32,000 bases of DNA from Crocosphaera subtropica ATCC 51142 (lineage in GTDB: Bacteria; Cyanobacteriota; Cyanobacteriia; Cyanobacteriales; Microcystaceae): NCBI RefSeq assembly GCF_000017845.1, contig NC_010546.1, forward strand, positions 630,001 through 662,000, read 5' to 3'. The notes beneath the pieces were generated by a model. The model was given only the letters and a program-made list of their open reading frames with translations. It did no database searches and was not told the DNA's origin. Below are positions 17,693 to 27,834 of the stretch, one piece after another. A program made the translations under genes and the position numbers. Numbering within the stretch: position 1 is the stretch's first letter; each line of letters opens with the position of its first letter.

Positions 17693-17746
17693 AAGACCTA
17701 ATCCAAAAGCAACCACTAATCGTATTAAAAAATCTAATTCGCTCAT
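17693..17746 (-). pseudogene. N-terminal 18-codon stub of an MgtC/SapB-family gene
   Basis: The minus strand ATG at 17746 encodes MSELDFLIRLVVAFGLGL(G). This matches the start of MgtC TM1 (..rl..A...G..iG.ER). It abuts the IS inverted repeat directly. Confidence 0.4.
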
Positions 17747-17936
17747 TTTAGAAAATGCCTGGATAGTTTATAGATACTAGCATCATTTCTTGCGTCAATT
17801 TTAGATAATTTAATAAATTGTCTCCTGATTCAACACTAACTCAGGTAGAATACTCAAAAATCAGAATTATGGTGTTAAGAGAATAAACTCGCTAAAATCA
17901 AAGATAAGGAAACGACAAACTAAAGATAGAGACTTC

Positions 17937-18545
17937 ATGATTCCAACCGTTATTGAAACCTCAGGCCGTGGCGAACGCGCCTTTGATATTTACTCTCGTC
18001 TCTTACGAGAACGTATTGTCTTTCTAGGACAAGAAGTAAGAGATGAAAATTCTAATTTAATCGTCGCTCAACTATTATTTCTTGAAGCAGAAGACCCTGA
18101 CAAAGACATTTACCTCTATATCAACTCTCCTGGGGGTTCTGTGTCGGCCGGACTCGGTATTTTTGATACGATGAATCAAATTCGTCCCGATGTCTGTACC
18201 ATTTGTATTGGTTTAGCAGCGAGTATGGGAGCATTTCTTCTTAGTGCTGGGGCGAAAGGTAAACGTATGAGTCTTCCTAACTCCCGTATCATGATCCATC
18301 AACCTCTGGGTGGGGCGCAAGGTCAAGCCACAGATATCGAAATTCAAGCTAAGGAAATTTTGTATCTCAAGGGACTATTAAATAACCATTTGGCTAATCA
18401 TACCGGACAACCCCTAGATAAAATTGCTGAAGATACAGAACGGGACTTCTTTATGTCCGCAGAAGAAGCGCAAGAATATGGGTTAATCGATCAGGTGATT
18501 AACCGTCGTCCCTCTGCGACGAATCCTCCTGTTACTGCTGGATAA
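17937..18545 (+). CDS. clpP: ATP-dependent Clp protease proteolytic subunit
   Basis: [31 protein letters not shown] matches ClpP. The catalytic Ser lies in [11 protein letters not shown], the His in IMIHQPLGG and the Asp in ERDFFMSA. Confidence 0.96.
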   Translation: MIPTVIETSGRGERAFDIYSRLLRERIVFLGQEVRDENSNLIVAQLLFLEAEDPDKDIYLYINSPGGSVSAGLGIFDTMNQIRPDVCTICIGLAASMGAFLLSAGAKGKRMSLPNSRIMIHQPLGGAQGQATDIEIQAKEILYLKGLLNNHLANHTGQPLDKIAEDTERDFFMSAEEAQEYGLIDQVINRRPSATNPPVTAG

Positions 18546-18560
18546 GAGTCAATTTCATCC

Positions 18561-18616
18561 TAGTTAATAGTTGATAGTCAAGGGTGAGTTCCTCCTTTGG
18601 ACTAGAAAACTATTAA

Positions 18617-18619
<3 letters not shown>
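18561..18619. repeat. 12-bp inverted repeat spanning the clpP / DUF21-CBS convergent spacer
   Basis: TAGTTAATAGTT (18561-18572) and AACTATTAACTA (18608-18619) are perfect complements with a 35-nt loop. Confidence 0.5.
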
Positions 18620-19753
<1,134 letters not shown>

Positions 19754-19763
19754 TCAAGAAAAC

Positions 19764-19904
19764 TTAACCAACGGTATAGGCTGCTTTAAGTGCCCATATA
19801 ATTAAACCAATAATGGCACCGAGAACTAAAAAGGCTGAAATCGCTACCAAAACAGGCTTATCAGCCCCTTCAAACTTCATAATGCCACGATTTAAGTCTG
19901 ACAT
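19764..19904 (-). CDS. Small membrane protein, 46 aa (below the ORF-track cutoff)
   Basis: Hand translation gives MSDLNRGIMKFEGADKPVLVAISAFLVLGAIIGLIIWALKAAYTVG, with one clear TM helix. The ORF ends 35 nt upstream of the DUF21-CBS gene on the same strand. Confidence 0.45.
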   Translation of the reverse strand: MSDLNRGIMKFEGADKPVLVAISAFLVLGAIIGLIIWALKAAYTVG

Positions 19905-20338
19905 AGCATTGATCCTTGTTGACGAATTACACAGGCTTCATGAGCCTCTTTCCCTATCTAGGTTAGCGAAAATTTCCCCCCTATGAGTCAAAGAAAATGT
20001 AACAAAATCCTATTGATTTCTGATTCTGACTTGAAAACTCCCAGACGGCTGACCTCAAAAAACAATACCCTTTCTACTGCTCAGTGTTTCCTCCTTTCCC
20101 CATAAATGACCGCTTATCTTAACATCTTGTGAGCATAAATGAACCTTTCATCTATTGTCATCGTCTAAATAGATGAGCTAAAATAAAAACAAGTTAAAGT
20201 CATACCGACTTCACTTTGTAATTTTTCTTTTTCTTTCCAGTCCTTATGTATTAATAAGCACAGTATCTGGGAAAGATAAGAATAGCAACAGATAGCAACA
20301 GACTTTATAAGCAGGTTTAAAGGAGTCATATAGTACCA

Positions 20339-21325
20339 ATGCCCACTGCTAACGTTAATACCAAAACCAAACAGCCTACGTACTCAGCAGATATGGTGCG
20401 GACTTATCTGCATGAAATTGGGCGGGTACCTCTGTTAACCCATGAACAAGAAATTATTTATGGGAAACAAGTCCAAAAAATGATGAGCTTATTGGAGACA
20501 AAAGAGGAACTGGCTCAGAGCCTAGGAAAAGAACCAAGTCTCCAAGAATGGGCTAAAGAGGTAAACCTAGAGGAAAAAGCCCTCACAAAAGCTTTAGAAC
20601 AGGGAGAACGGGCTAAAAGAAAGATGATCGAGGCCAATTTGCGCCTGGTGGTTGCCATTGCCAAAAAATATCAAAAACGCAACATGGAATTCCTTGATCT
20701 CATTCAAGAAGGGAGTTTAGGACTCGAAAGGGGTGTAGAGAAATTTGACCCGACCAAAGGTTATAAATTCTCCACCTATGCCTATTGGTGGATTCGTCAA
20801 GCTATTACACGGGCGATCGCTCAACAAGCACGCACCATCCGTTTACCTATCCATATTACTGAAAAGCTCAATAAAATCAAGAAAACCCAGAGAGAACTCT
20901 CTCAAACGTTGGGCAGAAGTGCTACTCCTGCGGAAATTGCTCAAGAATTAGAAATTGAACCTTCACAAATTCGGGAGTTTCTCAGTATTGCCCGTCAACC
21001 CATTTCTTTAGACGTAAGAGTAGGGGACAACCAAGACACAGAACTGTCAGAATTATTAGAAGATCAAGGGGTTTCTCCTGATATTTACATCACTCAAGAA
21101 CTACTCCGCCAAGACTTGAGTAACTTAATGGCTGAATTGACCCCTCAGCAAAGAACCGTACTCACCCTACGATTTGGATTAGAAGATGGCAAAGAACTCT
21201 CCTTAGCCAAAATTGGCAAACGACTAAACATTAGTCGAGAACGAGTTCGTCAATTAGAACATCAAGCCCTAGCACAACTGAGGAGACGACGGGGTAACGT
21301 AAAAGAGTATTTAGCAGCTAGTTAA
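20339..21325 (+). CDS. Group 2 RNA polymerase sigma factor (RpoD/SigA family)
   Basis: Region 1.2 is [16 protein letters not shown], region 2 is [13 protein letters not shown]...[43 protein letters not shown], and regions 3 and 4 are present ([14 protein letters not shown]). At 328 aa it lacks a long region 1.1. Confidence 0.94.
   Translation: MPTANVNTKTKQPTYSADMVRTYLHEIGRVPLLTHEQEIIYGKQVQKMMSLLETKEELAQSLGKEPSLQEWAKEVNLEEKALTKALEQGERAKRKMIEANLRLVVAIAKKYQKRNMEFLDLIQEGSLGLERGVEKFDPTKGYKFSTYAYWWIRQAITRAIAQQARTIRLPIHITEKLNKIKKTQRELSQTLGRSATPAEIAQELEIEPSQIREFLSIARQPISLDVRVGDNQDTELSELLEDQGVSPDIYITQELLRQDLSNLMAELTPQQRTVLTLRFGLEDGKELSLAKIGKRLNISRERVRQLEHQALAQLRRRRGNVKEYLAAS
20813..20820. repeat. HIP1 palindrome GCGATCGC
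   Basis: Exact 8-mer read in the sequence. Confidence 0.95.
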
Positions 21326-21340
21326 AGTTAAAGTTCTCAA

Positions 21341-21374
21341 GGATAAGCAAAATTCAACAGCTTATCCTTTTTTT
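21341..21374 (+). terminator. Rho-independent terminator after the sigma factor gene
   Basis: GGATAAGC (21341-21348) pairs with GCTTATCC (21360-21367), followed by T7 (21368-21374). It lies between convergent genes. Confidence 0.75.
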
Positions 21375-21379
21375 GTGGT

Positions 21380-22054
21380 CTAGTTTTTCAAATATCCATC
21401 TTCCATGTGAATGATACGATCAGCCATATCCAAAATGCGGTTATCATGGGTCACAAGGAGAATGGTACATCCTTGTTCTTTGGTTAGGGTTTCCATAATA
21501 TCCACTACGTCCCGACCGGTTTTACTATCTAAAGCAGCCGTTGGTTCATCAGCCAAGACTAATTTGGGATGACTGACTAAAGCACGGGCGATCGCCACTC
21601 TTTGTCTTTGTCCTCCGGAAAGTTGATCAGGATAATAATTAATTCTTTCTCCTAAGCCCACCATTTTTAACATGGTTTCCGATTTAGCGATCGCTTCATG
21701 AGCGTTAATATTATCATGAAGTTCAAGGGACATTTGTACATTTTGTCTGGCTGTTAAAAAAGGTAAGAGATTATGTGCTTGAAAAATATAGCCCATAAAG
21801 CGGCGAACCTGAACTAACCTATGTTCTGTTGCCCCATTGAGTTCATAATCAATGGTTCGGAGGCTACCGTATTGAACCGAACGCAAGGCCCCAATCAAAG
21901 ACAATAAAGTCGTTTTACCCGACCCAGAAGGTCCGGTCATAATGATAATTTCCCCAGGATTGATTTCTAAATTAATATTAAATAAAACTTGCTTTTTTAA
22001 TTTATCTTTGCCAAAAAAATGATTGAGATTTTTGATAGAAATAACGGGTTTCAT
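21380..22054 (-). CDS. devA: DevA-family ABC exporter ATP-binding subunit
   Basis: Walker A GPSGSGKTT, signature LSGGQRQR and Walker B LVLADEP. The 224-aa size and N-terminus are typical of DevA. Its ATG overlaps the devB stop (ATGA at 22051-22054). Confidence 0.9.
   Translation of the reverse strand: MKPVISIKNLNHFFGKDKLKKQVLFNINLEINPGEIIIMTGPSGSGKTTLLSLIGALRSVQYGSLRTIDYELNGATEHRLVQVRRFMGYIFQAHNLLPFLTARQNVQMSLELHDNINAHEAIAKSETMLKMVGLGERINYYPDQLSGGQRQRVAIARALVSHPKLVLADEPTAALDSKTGRDVVDIMETLTKEQGCTILLVTHDNRILDMADRIIHMEDGYLKN
21588..21595. repeat. HIP1 palindrome GCGATCGC
   Basis: Exact 8-mer read in the sequence. Confidence 0.95.
21687..21694. repeat. HIP1 palindrome GCGATCGC
   Basis: Exact 8-mer read in the sequence. 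Confidence 0.95.
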
Positions 22055-23514
22055 TGGGGTTTCATGGTGTCAATAATAACATTAACTTGTAAATGGGTTA
22101 GATGGGCAACTCGTTGACTATCTTCAGGATTTAAGCGTACTTTAACTTCTACTACTCTAGCATCTACATCCGCCGTCGGATTGGTTCCTAAAACCCTTTG
22201 TCTATCGACTTGTAAACCAACCTCTTCAACTGTTCCTTGTAATTCTTCAGTGATCCCATCGGTGGTAATGGTAACGGGTTGTCCCTTCTGAACTCGGGTA
22301 ATATCGCTTTCATAAACCTCGGCCGTAACATACATCTGAGCGGTTTCCCCTAAGGCCACAATGCCCTGATTCTGAACTATTTCCCCTGGCCAGGTATGAA
22401 CTTCCAAGATTTGACCGTCCCTAGGAGCTTTAACATAAGACAGATCCAAATTAGCTTCAGCTTGCTTAACGGCAGCTTCAGCCGCAAGCAGTTCGCTTTG
22501 AGCCACTTGTAAGTCCACAGGACGCACTTCCGCCACAGCATTGAGTCTAGCTTGGTTTTCAGCAATTTGTGTGTCTAAGGTGGCAATGGTTCGACTTAAA
22601 TTAGCTTTGGCCGCCCTAATTTGATCTTGAAGGGTGTTAACAATTCGTTGTAAATTGGCTTGAGCTTCCCTCAGTTGTTGCTCAGTAATTTCTTGTTCCA
22701 AACACACGCGATCCCGTTCTTGAGCAGAGACAGCCCCGCTATCATATAAAGTTGCGTAGCGTTGACACTCAGTGGTCTTGTTAGCCAATTCAGCCTTTAA
22801 CCGTTCAATGCTTGCTTGTTGAGCGGATCTTTCTCCGAGTAATTGAGACTCTAGATTAGAGATAGTGGAGCGTTGCATGGCAATTTGTCCTTCTAACTCG
22901 GCTTTAGTTCCCATAAATCGAGCATTTTGGGCTTGAATATCTCCTTGTTTGGCCCCGGCTTGAACTTTAGCTAAATTAGCTTGAGCCACTGCTACCTGCG
23001 TTTTGGCTTGTTCTAAGGATGCTTTGAGACGATGATGATTATCTAGAATGGCAATGATTTGACCAGCTTGAATGCGATCGCCTCGTTTCACCTGTAAATC
23101 CATAACCCTTGCGCCTTCAAGAAAAGCAGGAGCAGAGACTTCGATAATTTCTCCTTGGGGTTCTAAATAACCTAAAGCAGCAATTCTCGTGGGCAGTGAT
23201 GGCTGTTGTTGTGATTGGGGGGTAGAGGAAGTGGACTGGCGAGCAATAAAAATGGAACTATACACAGCCGTAACACCGAGACTGAGGAGTCCCACCGCAG
23301 TTAAAAATAGCAATCTTGAACGCCATGGCTGTTTCTGGTGTCCCTGATGAGAAGGTATCCCATGGGTAATTTCTCCTTCTAAGGATGAAGGTTGTGGGAA
23401 GTCACTTTGCGTCATGGTATTAACTTGAGAACGGTAGGGGTGAAGGTTATCCTTCCCCTTATTAGCATTCCCAAAAATTCCTTCTGAAGTATAGTTTAGC
23501 CGATGAAAGTCCAT
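22051..23514 (-). CDS. devB: DevB-family membrane fusion protein (HlyD-like)
   Basis: A TM anchor is followed by RIAALGYLEPQGEIIEVSAP...LQVKRGDRIQAGQIIAILD, a long coiled coil and a beta-barrel. The true start may be the internal MTQSDF at 23415. Confidence 0.85.
   Translation of the reverse strand: MDFHRLNYTSEGIFGNANKGKDNLHPYRSQVNTMTQSDFPQPSSLEGEITHGIPSHQGHQKQPWRSRLLFLTAVGLLSLGVTAVYSSIFIARQSTSSTPQSQQQPSLPTRIAALGYLEPQGEIIEVSAPAFLEGARVMDLQVKRGDRIQAGQIIAILDNHHRLKASLEQAKTQVAVAQANLAKVQAGAKQGDIQAQNARFMGTKAELEGQIAMQRSTISNLESQLLGERSAQQASIERLKAELANKTTECQRYATLYDSGAVSAQERDRVCLEQEITEQQLREAQANLQRIVNTLQDQIRAAKANLSRTIATLDTQIAENQARLNAVAEVRPVDLQVAQSELLAAEAAVKQAEANLDLSYVKAPRDGQILEVHTWPGEIVQNQGIVALGETAQMYVTAEVYESDITRVQKGQPVTITTDGITEELQGTVEEVGLQVDRQRVLGTNPTADVDARVVEVKVRLNPEDSQRVAHLTHLQVNVIIDTMKPQ
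23074..23081. repeat. HIP1 palindrome GCGATCGC
   Basis: Exact 8-mer read in the sequence. Confidence 0.95.
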
Positions 23515-23596
23515 CCCTTAAAACCTGCTCAAGACACACAGATAAACTCTAGTGGGAAAATGTTAAAATCTTGTCAGGATAATTTAGCAATGGCTT

Positions 23597-24760
23597 ATGA
23601 AACTGAAATACTCTTTAGCTTGGTTGCAACTGAAGCGGGAGAAACTGCGCTTAATTGTAGCCATATCTGGGGTAGCTTTTTCTAATATTCTGATGTTTAT
23701 GCAGCTAGGGTTTGAAGGAGCTTTATATGAAAGTAATACTCGTTTACACTCTAGTTTGGATGCAGATTTAGTGATGCTGAACCGTCGTTCTAAATCCTTA
23801 GCCTATTCTTATGTCTTTTCCCGTCGTCGTCTCTATCAAGCTTTGGCGTTTGAGCAAGTTGAGGGAGTTAGTGAATTTTATGTGGAATATGGGATTTGGA
23901 AAAATGACCAGACGAATGAGTATCGTCCTATTTTTGTCTTTGGTTTCGACCCCGATAAACCAACATTTACCTTACCAGAAGTTAACCAACATTTAGAGGA
24001 TCTCAAAAAGCCTGATCGAATTTTGTTTGATCGTCAAGCTAAACCAGATTACGGTCCCATTGCTGCTAATTATTTGAAAAATAAAACGTCTATTAATGAA
24101 TTAAATGATCGTCAGGTAGAAACCGTTGGTTTATTCACCCTAGGACCTTCTTTTGCTGCTGACGGGAATATTATTACCAGTGATACTAATTTTCAGCAAG
24201 TTTTTAAGTTATTTAGGCATCATCGGATTGGTTTTATTAATCTTGGGTTAATTCGACTTAAACCAGGGGTTAATCCTCAAATGGTTAAAAACAATTTAAA
24301 GGCTTATTTACCTCAAGATGTGACTATTTTAACTAAGCAAGAATTTATCAATTTTGAAAAAACCTATTGGCGTACCACCACTCCTATTGGTTTTATGTTT
24401 CGTTTAGGAACTACTGTAGGCTTTATCGTAGGAATCGTCATTGTCTATCAAATTATTCAAACGGATGTCAATGATCATTTGCCTCAATATGCCACCCTCA
24501 AAGCCATTGGTTATACCAATAATTATTTGTTAGGGGTAGTTTTTCATGAAACCATTATGCTGGCTTTGTTGGGTTATGTACCTGGGGTGGGTATTTCCTT
24601 TGCTTTGTATCAACTGTCCAAAGCAGCTACCTTGCTGCCAATGAGGTTAACTGTCACCCGCATGATTACAGTCTTCTTTTTAACCGTAGTGATGTGTTGT
24701 GTGTCTGGAGCGATCGCTATTCGTAAACTTAAAGATGCTGATCCAGCAGATATCTTTTAA
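23597..24760 (+). CDS. devC: DevC-family ABC exporter permease (FtsX-like)
   Basis: The start LAWLQLKREKLRLIVAISGVAFSNILMFMQLGF is DevC-typical. A large periplasmic loop is followed by the FtsX 3-TM C-terminus. Confidence 0.9.
   Translation: MKLKYSLAWLQLKREKLRLIVAISGVAFSNILMFMQLGFEGALYESNTRLHSSLDADLVMLNRRSKSLAYSYVFSRRRLYQALAFEQVEGVSEFYVEYGIWKNDQTNEYRPIFVFGFDPDKPTFTLPEVNQHLEDLKKPDRILFDRQAKPDYGPIAANYLKNKTSINELNDRQVETVGLFTLGPSFAADGNIITSDTNFQQVFKLFRHHRIGFINLGLIRLKPGVNPQMVKNNLKAYLPQDVTILTKQEFINFEKTYWRTTTPIGFMFRLGTTVGFIVGIVIVYQIIQTDVNDHLPQYATLKAIGYTNNYLLGVVFHETIMLALLGYVPGVGISFALYQLSKAATLLPMRLTVTRMITVFFLTVVMCCVSGAIAIRKLKDADPADIF
24710..24717. repeat. HIP1 palindrome GCGATCGC
   Basis: Exact 8-mer read in the sequence. 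Confidence 0.95.
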
Positions 24761-24929
24761 CTTATATATTCCTCAGATTGAATATAGATAAGATAAACAA
24801 ATTATTAAAAAAAAGAAACTTTTAAGTGACGTGGTGTTTTTGAAACTTATACGTTAAAATTACGGACTAAAGACCACAACTTTTTTGAAAGGTCTTAGAA
24901 AACACATAGTTTACAAAAGGTAACTACTC

Positions 24930-25808
24930 ATGAATAACAAAATCCTGAGCTTATTGGGTGTAGCAGTCGCAACCACAGGCATGACTGTGGGTGCTACTTC
25001 TACTCAAGCATCAACATTAGGGCCTGGTACTGTCAGTGTGCAACTTGATCAGGGTGTATTTTTCAGCAACAACATCGCTGACTTTATTCTCGACGGAACT
25101 TCAGTACCCAACCCAGGAGTAGCTGGGGATGGTTCGGTTTCAACTCCGGCAAACCCTTTAGATCCAGATGCAGAGATTTACGGTATAGTCCCTGGTAATG
25201 CTGCTACCTATCCTGCTTTTGATAATATCGGTGAAATCCTTGGAAAGTTAGCTGGGAGATCATTTGTTGGTGCGCCCATCAAATTTAACGATATCATTTT
25301 CGTTCAAGATCCTACCGATCCAGACTCCCCTGGGATTTTCGTCAATAATGGTCAAACCTATGACTTAACTGGAGGTGGTGCTATTGACGGATTCACCTTT
25401 GCAGAGTTTGATACAGATGGTGATACCGGTTTTGGAGATAGCGCTGGCGACTTCTCCTATATTGCGACTTCTTTCACCAGGGTTGTGGAACCCGGTGCAA
25501 CTGGTGGATTCAATATCATTTTCGATTTAGAAGGATTCTTCAGAGATGGTAGTGGTAACTTCAAAGATACACCTAGTAATTTCGCTTTATTTAATGGCGC
25601 AGCTGGTGTTAACCCACAAACTCTCCCCGTACTTACTCTCAATGAGTTTGTAGCTGGTGTTGGAACTCCTGATGTGCGATTCATTGCTAGTGCTGATGGA
25701 GTAATTAATACCTCTGGTCGTGAAGCACCTGAACCTGGCACCATCATTGGCTTGACTGCTGTAGCTGGACTAGGTTTAGCTGGTCGCTTAAAGCGCAAAG
25801 CTAAGTAG
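24930..25808 (+). CDS. PEP-CTERM sorting-domain secreted protein
   Basis: The N-terminal signal peptide is MNNKILSLLGVAVATTGMTVGATSTQAS. The body is G/D/T/P-rich. The C-terminus is PEPGTIIGLTAVAGLGLAGRLKRKAK, meaning a PEP motif, a TM helix and a basic tail. Confidence 0.85.
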   Translation: MNNKILSLLGVAVATTGMTVGATSTQASTLGPGTVSVQLDQGVFFSNNIADFILDGTSVPNPGVAGDGSVSTPANPLDPDAEIYGIVPGNAATYPAFDNIGEILGKLAGRSFVGAPIKFNDIIFVQDPTDPDSPGIFVNNGQTYDLTGGGAIDGFTFAEFDTDGDTGFGDSAGDFSYIATSFTRVVEPGATGGFNIIFDLEGFFRDGSGNFKDTPSNFALFNGAAGVNPQTLPVLTLNEFVAGVGTPDVRFIASADGVINTSGREAPEPGTIIGLTAVAGLGLAGRLKRKAK

Positions 25809-25832
25809 TTTTTCTATTTAGTGTAATGTTTA

Positions 25833-25866
25833 GGTATGTAGAGGAGTGCTTCTGTGTACCTTTTTT
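25833..25866 (+). terminator. Possible terminator after the PEP-CTERM gene
   Basis: GGUAUGUAGAGG / CUUCUGUGUACC forms a 12-bp stem with several G-U pairs, followed by T6 (25861-25866). Confidence 0.45.
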
Positions 25867-25963
25867 CTAAAATAATCATACTAATCAAAAATTAGGAAAA
25901 TTCCCTAGCCATATAGATAATCAATAAGGAGAGATACTTATTTATATTAGATGTCTCTCCTTT

Positions 25964-26260
25964 CTAATGGCTATTTAAAGCCATCGTGACCAGTCCTTGT
26001 TGACCCACTAAAATTTCTCTGAGTAAGCTACAAATACCAACCCATATAATAGGACTAATATCCACCCCACCGAGAGGGGGAATAACACGACGCACAGGAA
26101 TTAATAAAGGTTCAGTGGGTAAAGCAATTAATTTCCACGGAAGACGGTTTAATTCAACTTGAGGATACCAAGTTAAGACAATACGAAAGATAAATAAGAA
26201 GGTCATTAATCCTAAAAATAACCCTAAACCCCAGTTGGCTAGATTGACTAGATCCATCAT
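25964..26260 (-). CDS. YggT family membrane protein (Ycf19)
   Basis: 98 aa with FRIVLTWYPQV...LPTEPLLIPVRRVIPPLGGVDISPIIW, the YGGT repeat signature. Confidence 0.88.
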   Translation of the reverse strand: MMDLVNLANWGLGLFLGLMTFLFIFRIVLTWYPQVELNRLPWKLIALPTEPLLIPVRRVIPPLGGVDISPIIWVGICSLLREILVGQQGLVTMALNSH

Positions 26261-26423
26261 TTTAGAAACTATTTAAACAGTTAAGATAATGTTAATTTTA
26301 GCATATATAGCATAAGCATTCAGCTTTTGAATGAAAAACGTTCTAACCATAATGAGTAGTGCTATACTTTTCGTTTTTTCGGTTGCCATATTTTTTTTCT
26401 TGCGCTTAATTTGAAGTGATTAA

Positions 26424-27005
26424 TCAAGGATTAACTGCTTGTATAATCCAGTTTTTATTCTCATCTAAGTAATAAAGAGTTCTTTGATGGGGATTTCCTC
26501 GTAATTCTAAGTGATCGACTTTTTCAGGGTTAAATAATAGTAAAATAAAGTTAGCAAGAGGGTGATCTTTAGGTGGAGTTTCTCTGAAAAAATCTTGCTG
26601 ATTGTAAGTTAACGCTTGGCCAGGTTCAGGCCAGGTAAACTGTTGTCTAGCTGAGTCTGAAAGATTTTGCCAAACGGTTAATCTTGCAGTTTGATTATCA
26701 TAATTTTCATCAATGATGGTTAAAGTTCCTGTAATGCGAAATTGTTCTCTAGTTTTTGGAAAATACCAACAAATTTCACTAGCAGCATTATTACTAATAT
26801 GATTGATTTTTTCGCTACGACCATCGGTTATAATTTGTAGTTGACTCTTATTGTTCAAAAAACCTCTAAAAACAACAGTACGATTCGAGGGTTTTCCTTG
26901 AAGGTTAACGGTGGCTAGTTGAAGATAACGAGCATTAGGGAGACTTCGATTTCGATGAAGGGAACGAGATAAAATAGTTCGCCAAGGGGCTAAAATATCG
27001 ATCAT
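26424..27005 (-). CDS. PPOX-class FMN-dependent flavoprotein (pyridoxamine 5'-phosphate oxidase-related, alr4036-like)
   Basis: 193 aa with LATVNLQGKPSNRTVVFRGF...SEICWYFPKTREQFRITG...LELRGNPHQR, the split-barrel PNPOx-like pattern. Confidence 0.75.
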   Translation of the reverse strand: MIDILAPWRTILSRSLHRNRSLPNARYLQLATVNLQGKPSNRTVVFRGFLNNKSQLQIITDGRSEKINHISNNAASEICWYFPKTREQFRITGTLTIIDENYDNQTARLTVWQNLSDSARQQFTWPEPGQALTYNQQDFFRETPPKDHPLANFILLLFNPEKVDHLELRGNPHQRTLYYLDENKNWIIQAVNP

Positions 27006-27092
27006 CAGTTATTAGTTATCAGTTATTTAGTGAGCAGTTAAGCTTATTACAAAACAATAACATGATTATTCTAACAAAACGAGGAGAATAGT

Positions 27093-27206
27093 ATGGATAA
27101 TGATCTTTTTTCTTTCTTGCTTGGAGTTACAATTTTAATAGCTTATTTGATTTTTTCAGCTAAAACAGAAATGGGAACTAAGCTGTTTAAGAAGAAAAAG
27201 AAGTGA
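27093..27206 (+). CDS. Mini-ORF, 37 aa: hydrophobic helix plus poly-Lys tail (speculative)
   Basis: GAGGAGA lies 5 nt upstream of the ATG. The ORF encodes MDNDLFSFLLGVTILIAYLIFSAKTEMGTKLFKKKKK. Confidence 0.3.
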   Translation: MDNDLFSFLLGVTILIAYLIFSAKTEMGTKLFKKKKK

Positions 27207-27310
27207 TGAGAAGGAATCCCTACTTACAAAGGGATCATAACCGAACCTAAAAGATAACTCATCAATGTTATTCTCGTAGTAAAGGGAAGAAATAATATAA
27301 GGAGTTAATC

Positions 27311-27733
27311 ATGAGTCATAGTTACCGTCATTATCGCCAAGTTAAAATTATTAATAATGGTCAACAATCTTCTCCAAAAATTGATGGTTTTGAAGAAATA
27401 GTTTGTGATGGAAAAAAACAAGTTTATTATTGGAATGAGCCAACAGATAGGTCTAGATGGGATGATAGCGAGTTAAGTTTTTCATCTTTGATTGATCCTG
27501 ATTATAACTGGTTAGATATTGATGAATTTTTTAATGGGGTTCGATATCTTAATCCTCATGAAGTTATTATTAGAGATTTAACCTATCCTCAAACTACAAT
27601 AAAACATCAAAACTCTAAACTATTTCAACTCAAAAGATCAATTCAAAACGGCGTAAACAATCTCAAAAAAATAGCAAAGCGTTTACCCTTAGCTTTTAGA
27701 GCAGCTTGGAGAGAGTTAACCAGTGATTATTAA
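27311..27733 (+). CDS. Hypothetical protein with WW-like motif
   Basis: 140-aa ORF preceded by AAGGAG. No family was recognised except residues 26-52, GFEEIVCDGKKQVYYWNEPTDRSRWDD, which resemble a WW domain. Confidence 0.55.
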   Translation: MSHSYRHYRQVKIINNGQQSSPKIDGFEEIVCDGKKQVYYWNEPTDRSRWDDSELSFSSLIDPDYNWLDIDEFFNGVRYLNPHEVIIRDLTYPQTTIKHQNSKLFQLKRSIQNGVNNLKKIAKRLPLAFRAAWRELTSDY

Positions 27734-27834
27734 AATTACTAGGGTGGGTATCGCTCACCCTACAAGTGGGATATGTTATAATTTGGACTGACAGGATTAA
27801 CAACATAAATTTTAAAATTATTTTTAAACAGAAG

